The notes beneath the pieces were generated by a model. That model made no database searches. It was not told where the DNA came from and worked only from the letters and a program-made list of their open reading frames with translations. A DNA stretch of 64,000 nucleotides. Source: Candidatus Poribacteria bacterium (GTDB lineage Bacteria > Poribacteria > WGA-4E > WGA-3G). Made by a program: the position numbers and the translations under genes. Positions within the stretch are counted from its first letter, which is position 1. Every line of letters starts with the position of its first letter. This document shows, one piece after another, positions 29,653-40,431 of the stretch. The stretch covers positions 2,144,001 through 2,208,000 of the forward strand of contig OZ251518.1 in NCBI GenBank assembly GCA_965242965.1, written 5' to 3'.

Positions 29653-30043
29653 GAGAGTGTTTCATAAATCGTCCAACGTCGCGGTGATAGGCCCCGCGAT
29701 GCGGTGAAAAAAACGCCTCACCTTCACGTAGGGCGAGGGCCCTCGGATGCCACACGCGCATGCGAGAGGGTTCCCCTCGCCATCATCCGCGCAATCTAAC
29801 GATCTCGGGGGACAGGCCCCCGCGCTACGGTGAAAAAACGCCACCCCTTCACGTAGGGCGAGGGCCTGTCCCTCGCCATCGTTTTGGTGTCAGAACGCAT
29901 CACCCCTGTAGTTCAGGATCGCCTGATCCTGACCCGTTCGGGAGCGGGCGCTCCCGAACTACAGAGGTGGGCCCGATGCCTGCCGGTATGCGCCTGCCCT
30001 CCAAGGCGGGATAAATACCGAAACGGATTTATGAAACACGCTC
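29653..30043. mobile_element. MITE-like element with REP cargo
   Basis: GAGAGTGTTTCATAAATC...GATTTATGAAACACGCTC inverted ends; no clear target duplication. Confidence 0.75.
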
Positions 30044-30151
30044 ACTAAATTTTAACGCATTCTGTTTTGGAAGTCAAGAAAAATTGTTTGAAATAATTTC
30101 GCGCTTGAGGTATAGTGCAACGATACGATTACATTCGCGGAGGAAAACCTT

Positions 30152-31191
30152 GTGAAAGCGGCACAATTCTATGGCGGAAAAGACATCAGGGTAGAAACCG
30201 TCCCAGACCCGAGTCCTCAAGAAGGAGAGGTGCTCGTGCAAGTGGAAGCGGCGGGTATCTGTGGCAGTGACCTGCACGGATATCACCATTCGCCGGAAAA
30301 TCCCTTGGCCCCTCGCATCGGCGGGCACGAACTAATGGGCGAAATTCTCGATACCGGCAAAGGCACAAGCGACTCTCCCTCGCATATCAAACGAGGCAGT
30401 CGAGTTGCGATTGAACCGATTGTCCCGTGTAACTTCTGCCCGGAATGCCTCAACGGTTACTATAACATCTGCGCCAAACTGCGGCATGGCGGTGGCGGGT
30501 TTGCGGAATTCATGGTTGCCCCTGTCTCCAATGCGTATGCGTTGCCGGCTAGCGTTTCAGTTGAGGGCGGTGCGCTGGCAGAGGTTTACGCCGTCGCCGT
30601 TCACGCTGTCAACCGCGCGATGGTTTCACCGGGGAACGGGTTGCGATTATTGGCAGCGGTCCAGTCGGACTGACAATTGCGCAAGTGGCAGATGTTGCCG
30701 GTGCTACTTCTATCGCCATGTTAGGGAAGCCGGATGAGCCCCTCCAAATCGCCCACGAAGCGGTAGGTGCCGTGTCTATCAACGTCGATAAAACGGATGC
30801 CGTTGCGGCGATTCAGGAGTGGAGCGATGGCAGGGGTGCCGATGTCGTTTTTGAGGCAGTCGGCGGCACGGCAAATACGCTTGAACAGGCGACCGAGGTA
30901 GCCGCGAAACGGGGTAGAGTCTGTATGGTAGGAGGGCATCGCACACCGCTTACGTTTTCGGAACGGTTCGCGCGGAGCAGAGAGCTTACTGTCATCTGGT
31001 CCTTCTGTTATGGCAGGCGCGGCGGGAAGACAGAGTTCCAAATCGCCATCGATTTACTCGCCGCTGGGAAACTCGATCCGAGTCCGTTGGTAACGCATCG
31101 GTTTGCTCTTGATGATATTAGTGAAGCGTTCGCTGTTGCTGCTGGCCGAGATGCGCACGGTTCTGTCAAAGTGCTTGTTTTTCCTAACTAG
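30152..31191 (+). pseudogene. Zn-dependent alcohol dehydrogenase, split by a 1-bp frameshift near 30631-30634
   Basis: GICGSDLH, GHE, C..C..C; adding one G restores SPGERVAIIGSGPVG and joins the 30685-31191 frame. Confidence 0.8.
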
Positions 31192-31216
31192 ACAAGCACA
31201 CGCCACAGCCGCGGCG

Positions 31217-31460
31217 ATCGCGGGGGACAGGCCCCCGCGCTACGGTAACCGAGAACGGTTCCTTTCACCGTAGGGCGAGGGCCTGTCCCTCGCCGTGCTA
31301 TCGGGCACACGTGCGCTCAGCACCTCTGTAGGGCAGGATCGCCTGATCCTGCCCGTTCGGGATCAGGCGATCCCGAACTACAGTCGCTCTTAGGTCCTAC
31401 GGACCTGAAGAGATGTTTTTCACGGGTGTGATCGCGGGGGACAGGCCCCCGCGCTACGGT
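31217..31460. repeat. REP array
   Basis: GTAG hairpins plus a TAGGTCCTACGGACCT unit. Confidence 0.85.
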
Positions 31461-31485
31461 AACCGAGACAATGGAGTTCAAAAAC

Positions 31486-32121
31486 ATGGAATCACTTAAT
31501 CTACTCGTTTTTGTTGGAACGGAAGGCATCTACCACGAACATGCCGGCAACGGGCAATTCCTAACGAAGATGCTCAATGCCTCCGACGATATTACTGCCA
31601 CCTTTTCGCAAGACTACGATGTGCTTGCAGATGGACTCGGCGCGTATCACGTCGCGCTTTTCTACACCGATGTCGGGGAACTGACAGCGGCGCAAGAGAC
31701 AGGGTTGCTGCGCTTTATCAAATCAGGCGGCGGCTTTTTCGGATTACACACAGCGGCTGCATCCTTCCGAGAATCTGAGGGATACCACGGGATGCTCAAT
31801 GGGTTTTTCAACGGACATAGTCCTTACATGGACTTCACCGTCACCGTGAGCGACACGGCGCATCCGATTACAGAAGGGCTATCCGACTTTGATGTCACCG
31901 ATGAGCTCTACTATCTGAAGCATGATGCGAGTGCATCGCATCATCTTATGCATGCGTATGACGAGACGAAGGATGAAACGCATGTCATGGCGTTCCATCA
32001 CCTGTATGGCGAGGGGAGAGTCTTCTACTTCGCGCTGGGGCACGATCTGGCTGTGCTTGAGAATCGGAGTTTTCAGGCAGTCATTCGCCGGGGTGTGTTG
32101 TGGGCTGGCAGACGTATTTAG
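31486..32121 (+). CDS. ThuA-like domain protein
   Basis: GGGFFGLH, HPIT, DELY, GEGRVFYFALGH. Confidence 0.88.
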   Translation: MESLNLLVFVGTEGIYHEHAGNGQFLTKMLNASDDITATFSQDYDVLADGLGAYHVALFYTDVGELTAAQETGLLRFIKSGGGFFGLHTAAASFRESEGYHGMLNGFFNGHSPYMDFTVTVSDTAHPITEGLSDFDVTDELYYLKHDASASHHLMHAYDETKDETHVMAFHHLYGEGRVFYFALGHDLAVLENRSFQAVIRRGVLWAGRRI

Positions 32122-32124
32122 CAA

Positions 32125-32638
32125 GAGGGGAACAGGATTTGCAGGATTAGCAGGATTAGCAAGAGAGGAGCAGGATTTGCAGGATTGACAAGATTAGCAA
32201 GAGGGGTCCGTAGCGCGGGGGCCTGTCCCCCGCGATCGCCCGCGTGCCCCCAGAGACTGTAGTTCGGGATCGCCTGATCCCGAACGGCGCATGGCGAGGA
32301 GAATCCTTTCCTGGCCCGTAGCGCGGGGGCCTGTCCCCCGCGATCGTTCGATCCGCGCGAAAAACGAACGCCGACAAAGGCCGTTTCCCTCCCGATCGAG
32401 GCACGGCGAGGGACAGGCCCTCGCCCTACGGTGAAACGGAGACGGCCTTGCATACCGTAGCGCGGGGGCCTGTCCCCCGCGATCGTTCGATCCGCGCGAA
32501 AAACGCACGCCGACAAAATCCGTTTCCCTCCCGACCGAGGCATGGCGAGGGACAGGCCCTCGCCCTACGTGAAGAGAGGCGTTTTTTTAACCGTAGCGCG
32601 GGGGACAGGCCCCCGCGAACGATTTATGAAACCCCTTC
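32125..32638. repeat. 9-bp CAGGATT(A/T)G tandem repeats followed by a REP array and MITE-like end
   Basis: caggatttg caggattag caggattag; duplicated REP pairs. Confidence 0.85.
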
Positions 32639-32647
32639 ATTTAAATG

Positions 32648-33955
32648 TTAAATAGTGAAGAGTTCTTCAATGACATTGCCATCGTTGGCGACGCGGATGG
32701 GGCGGCCGGAACGTGAGTAGTTCTCTTCTTGCGCGTCGATGCCGAGGGCAAAACAGAGGGATGCAAACAGATCTGGCACGCCTATCGGGGCTGTGAGAAC
32801 CTTAGTGCCATCGACATCGGTGCTGCCGATAACCTGTCCGCCACGGATGCCACCGCCTGCAATTACGGCAGACCAGCCGTTTGTATGATGGTCCCGGCCT
32901 TCATTCCCGTTAATCCGCGGTGTCCGCCCGAATTCGCCGAGCCATAAGACGATAGTCTGGTCCAGCAAATCGCGTGCTTCTAAGTCTTTGAGGAGCATGG
33001 CAAACGCTGGATCTACGGCGTTGAGGAGCTCTTCGGTGCGCTGAAAGTTATTTTCGTGGGTATCCCAGCCATCAAGGCTGACTTCAACGAAACTGACACC
33101 TGTCTCAATGAGCCGCCGAGCCATTAAACAGCCTTGTCCGAATTTGTTCATGCCGTAAGCCTCGCGAATCGCGATGGGCTCTTCGGAGAGGTGGAAGGCT
33201 TGGATATTCGGAGAGTTAATGAGTTGCTCCGCTTTTTTGTAAATGGCTTGATGCGCTTCGGTGCTGCGTCCTGTCCGTTTGGCGATAAAATCCTTCTCAA
33301 TGGCATTGAGCATCTTGAGGCGTTCACGAAACCGGTGCCTGTCCATCTGTGCGGGATACCCGAGGTCTTCGACAGGTTCTATGGGGTTATTGACGAGGAA
33401 GGCATCGTGGGTTGCGCCGAGGAAACCGCTGGAATACGTGGGCGAATTGATGTTAACGCAATTTGGTAGATTGGCGGCGTTGTTCTCCAAATAGTAGGAG
33501 GTTAGCGAACTGAGGGGAGGATGGTTTACGGTGCTGTCGGGTGCATAACCGGTGTGGAGCAGGTAACGCGCGCGTTCATGGTTTCCCTCGCGGGATACCA
33601 TCGAGCGAATGATAGAGAGATGGTGTGCTTGCTCGGCGACGAGAGGCAGATGCTGAGAGACATGGATGTCTTTCACGCTCGTCGGTATTTCGGCGAACGG
33701 GCCGCCGTTTTTGCTGCCGGGTTTCGGATCGAAGGTATCTAATTGACTGGCACCGCCGCTCATAAAGAGGACGATACAGTGTTTTGCGCGCGGCACAACT
33801 TCTTCGATCTGCGCGGAACCGGTGAAACCGAAGTGTTGCATGGCGACGAGGCCGAGGATGCCGCTCACGCCGCGCTTGAAAAACCCGCGCCGTGATATCT
33901 CGGTATGCCAGAGTTCGGGCGCGTCGTATTCGGGAATCCAGACTTCTGATTTCAT
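32648..33955 (-). CDS. DUF1501 family protein with Tat-like motif
   Basis: SRRGFFK, FMSGGASQLDTFDPKP, FGQGCLMARRL, WDTH, GEFGRTP, GRDH. Confidence 0.9.
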   Translation of the reverse strand: MKSEVWIPEYDAPELWHTEISRRGFFKRGVSGILGLVAMQHFGFTGSAQIEEVVPRAKHCIVLFMSGGASQLDTFDPKPGSKNGGPFAEIPTSVKDIHVSQHLPLVAEQAHHLSIIRSMVSREGNHERARYLLHTGYAPDSTVNHPPLSSLTSYYLENNAANLPNCVNINSPTYSSGFLGATHDAFLVNNPIEPVEDLGYPAQMDRHRFRERLKMLNAIEKDFIAKRTGRSTEAHQAIYKKAEQLINSPNIQAFHLSEEPIAIREAYGMNKFGQGCLMARRLIETGVSFVEVSLDGWDTHENNFQRTEELLNAVDPAFAMLLKDLEARDLLDQTIVLWLGEFGRTPRINGNEGRDHHTNGWSAVIAGGGIRGGQVIGSTDVDGTKVLTAPIGVPDLFASLCFALGIDAQEENYSRSGRPIRVANDGNVIEELFTI

Positions 33956-34042
33956 GTTTTGCCTCCTTTGGTTTGTAGTGATAATTATGTTACCGTATTT
34001 AGGTGTTAAAATTCAAGAAAATTTTTGAATTGAGACCGCCTC

Positions 34043-34460
34043 TGTAGTTCGGGAGTGCCTGCTCCCGAACGGGTCAGGATCGGGCGATCCGATGAAGGGG
34101 ACCGTTTTTCACCGTAGCGCAAGGGAGATAGCCGACCTGTCCCCCGCGATCGCAGGCATGGCGAGGGACAGGCCCACGCCCTACGGTAAACAGGAGCCGT
34201 TCCGGTTACCGTAGCGCGGGGGCCTGTCCCCCGCGATTGTTGGGGTGTGCGAACGATGGCGAGGGACAGGCCCGCGCCCTACGGTAATACGGGGCGTTTT
34301 TTTACCGTCGACCCGTTCGGGATCAGGCGATCCCGAACTACGGTCTTTTACAAGGTCCGGGCATGGCGAGGGACAGGCCCACGCCCTACGGGACGCGAGA
34401 CGGTATGCATGACGTGCAATGGCGAGGGACAGGCCCACGCCCTACGGGACGCGGGACGGT
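34043..34460. repeat. REP array
   Basis: Multiple GTAG hairpins; duplicated unit of about 56 bp at the right end. Confidence 0.85.
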
Positions 34461-34492
34461 ATGCATGACGTGCAAATGAAGAGGCGATGTCT

Positions 34493-36364
34493 TCATCGAT
34501 GAAACCGCCGTTCCAATTCATCGCGGCCCATCTCAATAATGATAGGACGGGAATGTGGACAATTGAAGGGCAACTTCGCCTCCGATAACTCGCGGACGAG
34601 ATTCAGCATCTCTTTGGTATCTAAGGTATCACCGGCTTTTACCGCGGATTTGCAGGCGAGGGTTATCAGTGCCTTATCTAGTGCCTCCGGTAACTGCACC
34701 TCGCTGTGCGGTGCTTCGGGGAGCGCATCAAGCAAATCGGTGACGGCTTGCGCGGCGGCCCGAGTCGGCAGCGGCGCGGGAATCGCGCGGATGAGAATCG
34801 TGTTCCCGCCGAATTCCTCCAGATCGAAGCCGAGTTTTTTGAAGATGTCGCTGTGCATTTTGAGGGTTGCAAGCTGCTGCGGTGTGCTTTCTAACGTCAC
34901 CGGGAGCAATAAACCCTGCACGGGAATGCCATCTTTTTGCAGTTGATTAACGAACCGCTCATAAAGCACGCGCTCGGCGGCAACATGCTGGTCGATGAAG
35001 AAAACCTTATCTTTCGCCTCGGCGACAATATAGGTTTTAAAGAGGTTCGTTTTCAACTCAACCGCTTCAAAATCGAGCAGGGAAAGTAACTCTCCATCGG
35101 GAATCTCCTGTCGCGGCGGTTGCACGAAGGTTGGCGGTGCCTTGGGCGGCCGTTCAGGTTCCACGTCAGGTTCTACATCAGTGGGCGGCGCGGTTTCGCT
35201 CGTAGGCGGCGGTGCTTCGTTATCCGGCGTTTCGGTGCCGCTCGGTTTAGTAGGCGTAGGCGTAGGATGTTGGAGCGGCGGAATGCGTCTTCCGGGACGC
35301 GCGCCGGCGACACTACGGACACCGGTGCCTTCTGCATCCTCTGTCTCAATAGGGGTTTCGATTTTTGGAATATACTTCGCTTTCTGGATAGCGTTGCGAA
35401 TGATTCGGACAATGCCGCTGTAAACCATCCGTTCGTTCCGGAACCGCACCTCAATTTTAGCGGGGTGGACATTGACATCGACGGTGTTCGGTTCCATCGT
35501 CAGGAAGAGTAGCGCGACAGGTTGCCTATCTTTCGCCACCATTGCGCCGAGTGCCTCGGTGATAGCGGCAGTGATAATGCGGCTGCGGATGGGCCGCTGA
35601 TTCAGGAAGAAGAGTTGATAGTCCCGATTCGGCTTTGTAAAGTCTGGCTTTCCGAGGAGGCAATACATTTGCAAATCGGGCAGTTCCTCCTGAAATTCAG
35701 TGAGGTTCTCAGCGAATTCCTTGCCGTAGATGAGCCGCGTGCGTTCCAGATACGCATCGCAGGCGCGGACATCCAAGATGGTCCTGCCGTTATGTGTCAG
35801 CGAGAATTGGATATTCGGGTGGGCAAGCGCAGCCCATGTCACCTGATTCGTGATATGGTTCATCTCTGTCGTGTCCGTTTTGAGGAACTTGAGGCGCGCG
35901 GGGACATTGTAAAAGAGATTGTTGATTGACATGTGCGTGCCGGGAGAGCAACCGCTCTCTTGGACAGAACGGAATACACCGCCATCAACGTTAACTTTTG
36001 TTCCCTCCATTGCATCCGCTGCACGGGTAAGCAACTCGAACTGCGAAACAGAAGCGATACTCGCTAATGCTTCGCCGCGGAAGCCGAAGGTGTTGATTTC
36101 CTCGAGGTCTTCGATGCGGTTCACTTTGCTGGTAGCGTGGCGTTCCAAGGCGAGGAGCGCGTCCTCACGTGCCATGCCGCTACCGTTATCGGAGACGCGG
36201 ATGAGCCGTTTGCCACCGGCGCGAATTTCAACGCGGACATTGGTGCTGCCAGCATCAATGGCATTTTCGATGAGTTCTTTGACTACTGATGCCGGGCGTT
36301 CCACTACCTCACCGGCAGCGATTTTATTTGCGACATCAGCAGAGAGTATTTTGATTTTTGGCAT
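34493..36364 (-). CDS. mutL: DNA mismatch repair protein MutL
   Basis: IAAGEVVERPASVVKELIENAIDAG, GFRGEALASI, DVNVHPAK, DQHVAAER, ACKSAVK, CPHSRP; start MPKIKIL. Confidence 0.97.
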   Translation of the reverse strand: MPKIKILSADVANKIAAGEVVERPASVVKELIENAIDAGSTNVRVEIRAGGKRLIRVSDNGSGMAREDALLALERHATSKVNRIEDLEEINTFGFRGEALASIASVSQFELLTRAADAMEGTKVNVDGGVFRSVQESGCSPGTHMSINNLFYNVPARLKFLKTDTTEMNHITNQVTWAALAHPNIQFSLTHNGRTILDVRACDAYLERTRLIYGKEFAENLTEFQEELPDLQMYCLLGKPDFTKPNRDYQLFFLNQRPIRSRIITAAITEALGAMVAKDRQPVALLFLTMEPNTVDVNVHPAKIEVRFRNERMVYSGIVRIIRNAIQKAKYIPKIETPIETEDAEGTGVRSVAGARPGRRIPPLQHPTPTPTKPSGTETPDNEAPPPTSETAPPTDVEPDVEPERPPKAPPTFVQPPRQEIPDGELLSLLDFEAVELKTNLFKTYIVAEAKDKVFFIDQHVAAERVLYERFVNQLQKDGIPVQGLLLPVTLESTPQQLATLKMHSDIFKKLGFDLEEFGGNTILIRAIPAPLPTRAAAQAVTDLLDALPEAPHSEVQLPEALDKALITLACKSAVKAGDTLDTKEMLNLVRELSEAKLPFNCPHSRPIIIEMGRDELERRFHR

Positions 36365-36397
36365 TTTTTGTTGTTTCCTAATTGTTTGTATCGGGCC

Positions 36398-36590
36398 CTG
36401 TAGGCGGGACATCCCTGTCCCGATACGGTATTGCATCGAGACCGGGAGGTCTCTCCTACTGTAGGCGGGACATCCCTGTCCCGACACTCGCCGGTAGGCG
36501 GGACATCCCTGTCCCGAAATTCGCCTACCGTAGGCGGGACATCCCTGTCCCGATACGGTATTGCATCGAGACCAGGAGGACTCGCCTACT
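36398..36590. repeat. REP array: four GTAGGCGGGACATCCCTGTCCCGA units and two GAGACC-type units
   Basis: Read directly. Confidence 0.9.
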
Positions 36591-38628
36591 GGGATTCTAA
36601 CAGATAGCAATGACACGAATGCGTCTGTGTGAGATGCGTGACCCCCGGATATTTATCCTTGCAATGCGGCATCACCTCTGGACATCGTGGATGGAAATGA
36701 CATCCTGCCGGCCGGTTAATCGGCGATGGGACATCACCTTCCAGCCGAATCTTTTCCACACTGCTCGCGGTATCCATTTTTGGGACAGCAGAGAGGAGAG
36801 CACGCGTATAGGGATGCTTCGGCGAATCAAAAATCTCCTCGGTTGTCCCGCGCTCTACGATGCGCCCCAGATACATCACGGCTACTTCATCGGCGAGGTA
36901 TTCCACAACGGCAAGGTTGTGCGTGATGAACAAGTAGGTGAGTCCTAGTTCATTTTGCAAGTCTTTGAGCAGATTCAAGATTTGCGCTTGCACCGATACG
37001 TCCAACGCACTCGTCGCCTCGTCGCAAACGATGAATTCCGGATGGACGGCGAGGCATCGCGCGATGCAAATGCGCTGTCGTTGTCCGCCAGAGAATTCGT
37101 GCGGATAGCGCGTTACCATGTCCGGCGATAGCCCTACCCGTTGCATCAGAGTGGCGACGCGCTGGCGGCGTTCTGTCGCCGATGCACCGATGTTGTGCGT
37201 CCGCATCCCTTCCTGAATAATATCTCCGACGGTTAGCCTCGGATTGAGCGAAGAGTAAGGATCTTGGAAAATAATCTGCATCCGCTGCCGATAGGGATGC
37301 AGTTGCCCGCGCGTCGCCGTCGTGATGTCAACGCCATCGTAACGGATGTCGCCGGTGACAGGCACTCCCAGCCGCAAAATCGCCTTGCCGAGGGAGGTTT
37401 TGCCGGAGCCGGACTCCCCAACGAGTGCCAGCGTTTTGCCGCGCGGCATCGCGAGCTCAACGTTATCTACGGCGTAAACATAACCGGCGGCGCGCTTGAA
37501 AATCCCTTTCAAAATCGGATAGTGGACGCAGATGTTCTTTAATTCCAGCGCAAACTCCTGCGTCTCATCCGCGCGCTCCAAAATAACCTTCGTCTTCTCG
37601 GCAGCACTCGCAAGTGTGTCCGTTTCCAACGGAGCATCAAACGGCGGCGCGGGGTTATAGAGGTGACAAGCGACGTTGTGCTGTGTTTCGTCTGTGGACA
37701 GCACGGGCGCGATGCTCGCGCACCCCTCCATGACTTTCGGACATCTATCGGCGAACCGGCAACCATCTCCATCGTCACCGTATTCTGTCGCTTTTGGGAC
37801 GCGCCCGGTAATCGTCTGCAATTCGGCACCCCGTTTATGCCGCGCCGGTGTAGACTCTAGCAACTTGACGGTATAGGGATGCTTCGGTGTGTTATAGAGC
37901 TGCGTCCATGTGCCCATTTCAACGATTTTTCCGGCATACATTACTGCAACCCGGTCCGCCATATTCGCCACGACTGCCAAGTCGTGCGTAATCAACAGCA
38001 CTGCCATCTGGAATTCCTGTTGAAGGCGTTGGATGAGCTCCAGAATCTGTGCTTGGATAGTCACATCGAGTGCGGTAGTCGGTTCATCGGCGATGAGCAG
38101 GCTCGGCTGACAAGAGAGTGCCATCGCAATCATGACGCGCTGTTTCATGCCGCCGGACATCTGGTGAGGATACTCATTGTAACGCGCCGCTGGTTCCGGA
38201 ATCCCCACTCGTTCTAACATCTCAATCGCTGCGTTTCGGGCGGCAGTGCCGCGGAGGTTCTGATGCAGGCGGATGGCTTCCGAGATCTGGTTCCCGATTG
38301 TGAAAACGGGATTGAGACTCGTCATTGGTTCTTGAAAGATCATTGCGATGTCGTTGCCCTGAACCTTTCGCTTTTCGATGGCGGGGAGGCGCGTGATGTC
38401 TTGGCCTTTGTAATAAATCGCGCCACCGGCGATAAACCCTGTCGGCTGCGGCACGAGTTGGATAAGCGAGAGCGCGGTGACGCTCTTCCCGCAGCCGGAC
38501 TCACCGACAAGCGCGAAGATTTCGTTCTGCCGGAGCTCAAAGGAAACACCGTCTACTGCACGTGCCACTCCTTCCGGCGTGCGAAAATAGGTTCTGAGGT
38601 TTTGGACGCTGAGCAATGTTTCGTTCAT
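36586..38628 (-). CDS. Dipeptide/oligopeptide ABC ATPase with two fused NBDs (DppD+DppF-like)
   Basis: GESGCGKS and GESGSGKT, YPHQMSGG and YPHEFSGG, C.FHPRCP. Confidence 0.93.
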   Translation of the reverse strand: MNETLLSVQNLRTYFRTPEGVARAVDGVSFELRQNEIFALVGESGCGKSVTALSLIQLVPQPTGFIAGGAIYYKGQDITRLPAIEKRKVQGNDIAMIFQEPMTSLNPVFTIGNQISEAIRLHQNLRGTAARNAAIEMLERVGIPEPAARYNEYPHQMSGGMKQRVMIAMALSCQPSLLIADEPTTALDVTIQAQILELIQRLQQEFQMAVLLITHDLAVVANMADRVAVMYAGKIVEMGTWTQLYNTPKHPYTVKLLESTPARHKRGAELQTITGRVPKATEYGDDGDGCRFADRCPKVMEGCASIAPVLSTDETQHNVACHLYNPAPPFDAPLETDTLASAAEKTKVILERADETQEFALELKNICVHYPILKGIFKRAAGYVYAVDNVELAMPRGKTLALVGESGSGKTSLGKAILRLGVPVTGDIRYDGVDITTATRGQLHPYRQRMQIIFQDPYSSLNPRLTVGDIIQEGMRTHNIGASATERRQRVATLMQRVGLSPDMVTRYPHEFSGGQRQRICIARCLAVHPEFIVCDEATSALDVSVQAQILNLLKDLQNELGLTYLFITHNLAVVEYLADEVAVMYLGRIVERGTTEEIFDSPKHPYTRALLSAVPKMDTASSVEKIRLEGDVPSPINRPAGCHFHPRCPEVMPHCKDKYPGVTHLTQTHSCHCYLLESQ

Positions 38629-38708
38629 AACATTAATATAACATGCATGTTATAGAAAAAGCAAGGGAATTTTGTTTTTTTTTTGGAATTGCGAGGCAAG
38701 TTGACACC

Positions 38709-39220
38709 GCGCGATCGCGGGGCCCGTCCCTCGCCGCGCCCAGAGACCGTAGTTCGGGAGCGCCTGATCCCGAACGGGTCGACGGTAAAAAAACGCCCCG
38801 GATTACCGTAGGGCGAGGGCCTGTCCCTCGCCGTGCCCAGATCTTGGAAAAGACCGTAGTTCGGGAGCACCTGCTCCCGAACGGGTCGACAGTAAAAAAA
38901 CGCCCCTCGTTCTCTTCAGGTCCTTTAGGTCCTGAATGTCTATAGCAGCCGCAACGCAAAGAGCCCTAAGGTCCTTTAGGTCCTTAATAGACTTTGAGAT
39001 GCCGCGTGTTTTTTATTAAGGACCTAAAGGACCTTGCCGGGGGTTGCCTATTTTTCTATAGACATTAAGGACCTAAAGGACCTAAGAGGCCCTCTTGACG
39101 ACAGGCATCGCGGGGGACAGGCCCCCGCGATACGGTAAAAAAAACGCCCCGGGTTACCGTAGGGCGAGGGCCTGTCCCTCGCCATGCAACGATCGCGAGG
39201 GACAGGCCCCCGCGCTACGG
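38709..39220. repeat. REP array enclosing a palindromic AGGTCCTTTAGGTCC element (38912-39090)
   Basis: Inverted copy at 56347-56527. Confidence 0.85.
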
Positions 39221-39325
39221 TAACCATTCCCTACTCGCGCTGAAAAAATAACAATTGACAAAAACACGTTTTTCTGCTAATTTAACAGAAAATCTGAACA
39301 CGCTTCTGAATAGGAGAACATTTTC

Positions 39326-40363
39326 ATGTATAAAAGCGCGATGTTAGGGTGCGGCGGCCGTGCCCGAGCACATGCAGATGCATATCGCTTCGTTAACGGC
39401 GGAAAACTCGCCGCCATCTGCGATATGAACACCGAATTACTCAACAAATTCGGAGACGATTTCGGCATCTCTGCACGCTACACGGATCTAGACGAGATGC
39501 TGGAGAAGGAGAAACCGGATGTCCTCCACATCGTCACCGCACCGGTCCTCCGCGGGACAAACGAACGCATTCGTTATCCGCTGATGAAACAGGCATCCGA
39601 CCACGGTGTGCCTGCCGCTATCGTGGAAAAGCCGATTGCCGTGGAAAGCGAAGACTGGAAACAGATTGCAGGACTCGCTGAAAGCACGCAGACGAAGTTC
39701 GTTGTTAATACGCAGCTCAACTTCCATCCGCAAAACTTGGAATTGAAGCGCGATGTGGCGGCGGGGAGAATTGGCGACATCAAATTCATTGAGGCAGGGG
39801 CGCGTAGTACCCCCGTAGATCAGGCACCACATGTGTTACAGTTGGTTTCGTCTTATATTGACAATTCGCGTCCGGTGCGAGTGCTCGGGCAAATCTCTGG
39901 GGCAGGCCCGCTAGATTCAGCGCAGCCTTCGCCGCAACACGCCGCCGCACGGGTGCAGTATGCGAACGGCTTGCACGTCTCTGTCGCTTTTGGCGCGGAC
40001 ATCGCGCCGCGGGCATCCGATAGCGACAGCGTCGTCGCGCACAAACGGGTTTTTGTCGTTGGGACGAAAGGTTTCGTGCATTGGCGGTTCAGCAGTTGGG
40101 AACGCGCCACGCCGGAGGGCGGTTATGAAGGCGGCCCGCTCAACTATGGCGAACAGGATGTCGTCGCGCAGGGTAATCTCACCGAGGCTGTCTTTGACTG
40201 GCTTGACGATGAAACGAAGGTGCATCCGACGCATCTCAAGCAATCGTTGGCGGAATTCAATCTGTTACTGGGCATTTACTACAGCGGCATCACTCACGAA
40301 ATCGTTGAGCTGCCGTTTGAACCGCCCGATGGGTTAATCGATTTACTCAGGAAAACGTTGTAA
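39326..40363 (+). CDS. Gfo/Idh/MocA family oxidoreductase (copy 1)
   Basis: LGCGGRA, AICD, VEKP. Confidence 0.85.
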   Translation: MYKSAMLGCGGRARAHADAYRFVNGGKLAAICDMNTELLNKFGDDFGISARYTDLDEMLEKEKPDVLHIVTAPVLRGTNERIRYPLMKQASDHGVPAAIVEKPIAVESEDWKQIAGLAESTQTKFVVNTQLNFHPQNLELKRDVAAGRIGDIKFIEAGARSTPVDQAPHVLQLVSSYIDNSRPVRVLGQISGAGPLDSAQPSPQHAAARVQYANGLHVSVAFGADIAPRASDSDSVVAHKRVFVVGTKGFVHWRFSSWERATPEGGYEGGPLNYGEQDVVAQGNLTEAVFDWLDDETKVHPTHLKQSLAEFNLLLGIYYSGITHEIVELPFEPPDGLIDLLRKTL

Positions 40364-40431
40364 TCCCACTCTCCCTTGCAGCAAACGGGATTATGAGCGC
40401 GTGCCTATTTACGAAAGAGGAGAACATTTTC

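Noticed and set aside
35100-35360. Pro/Thr/Glu-rich stretch in MutL as a novel domain
   Set aside because: It occupies the normal variable linker between the ATPase and C-terminal domains
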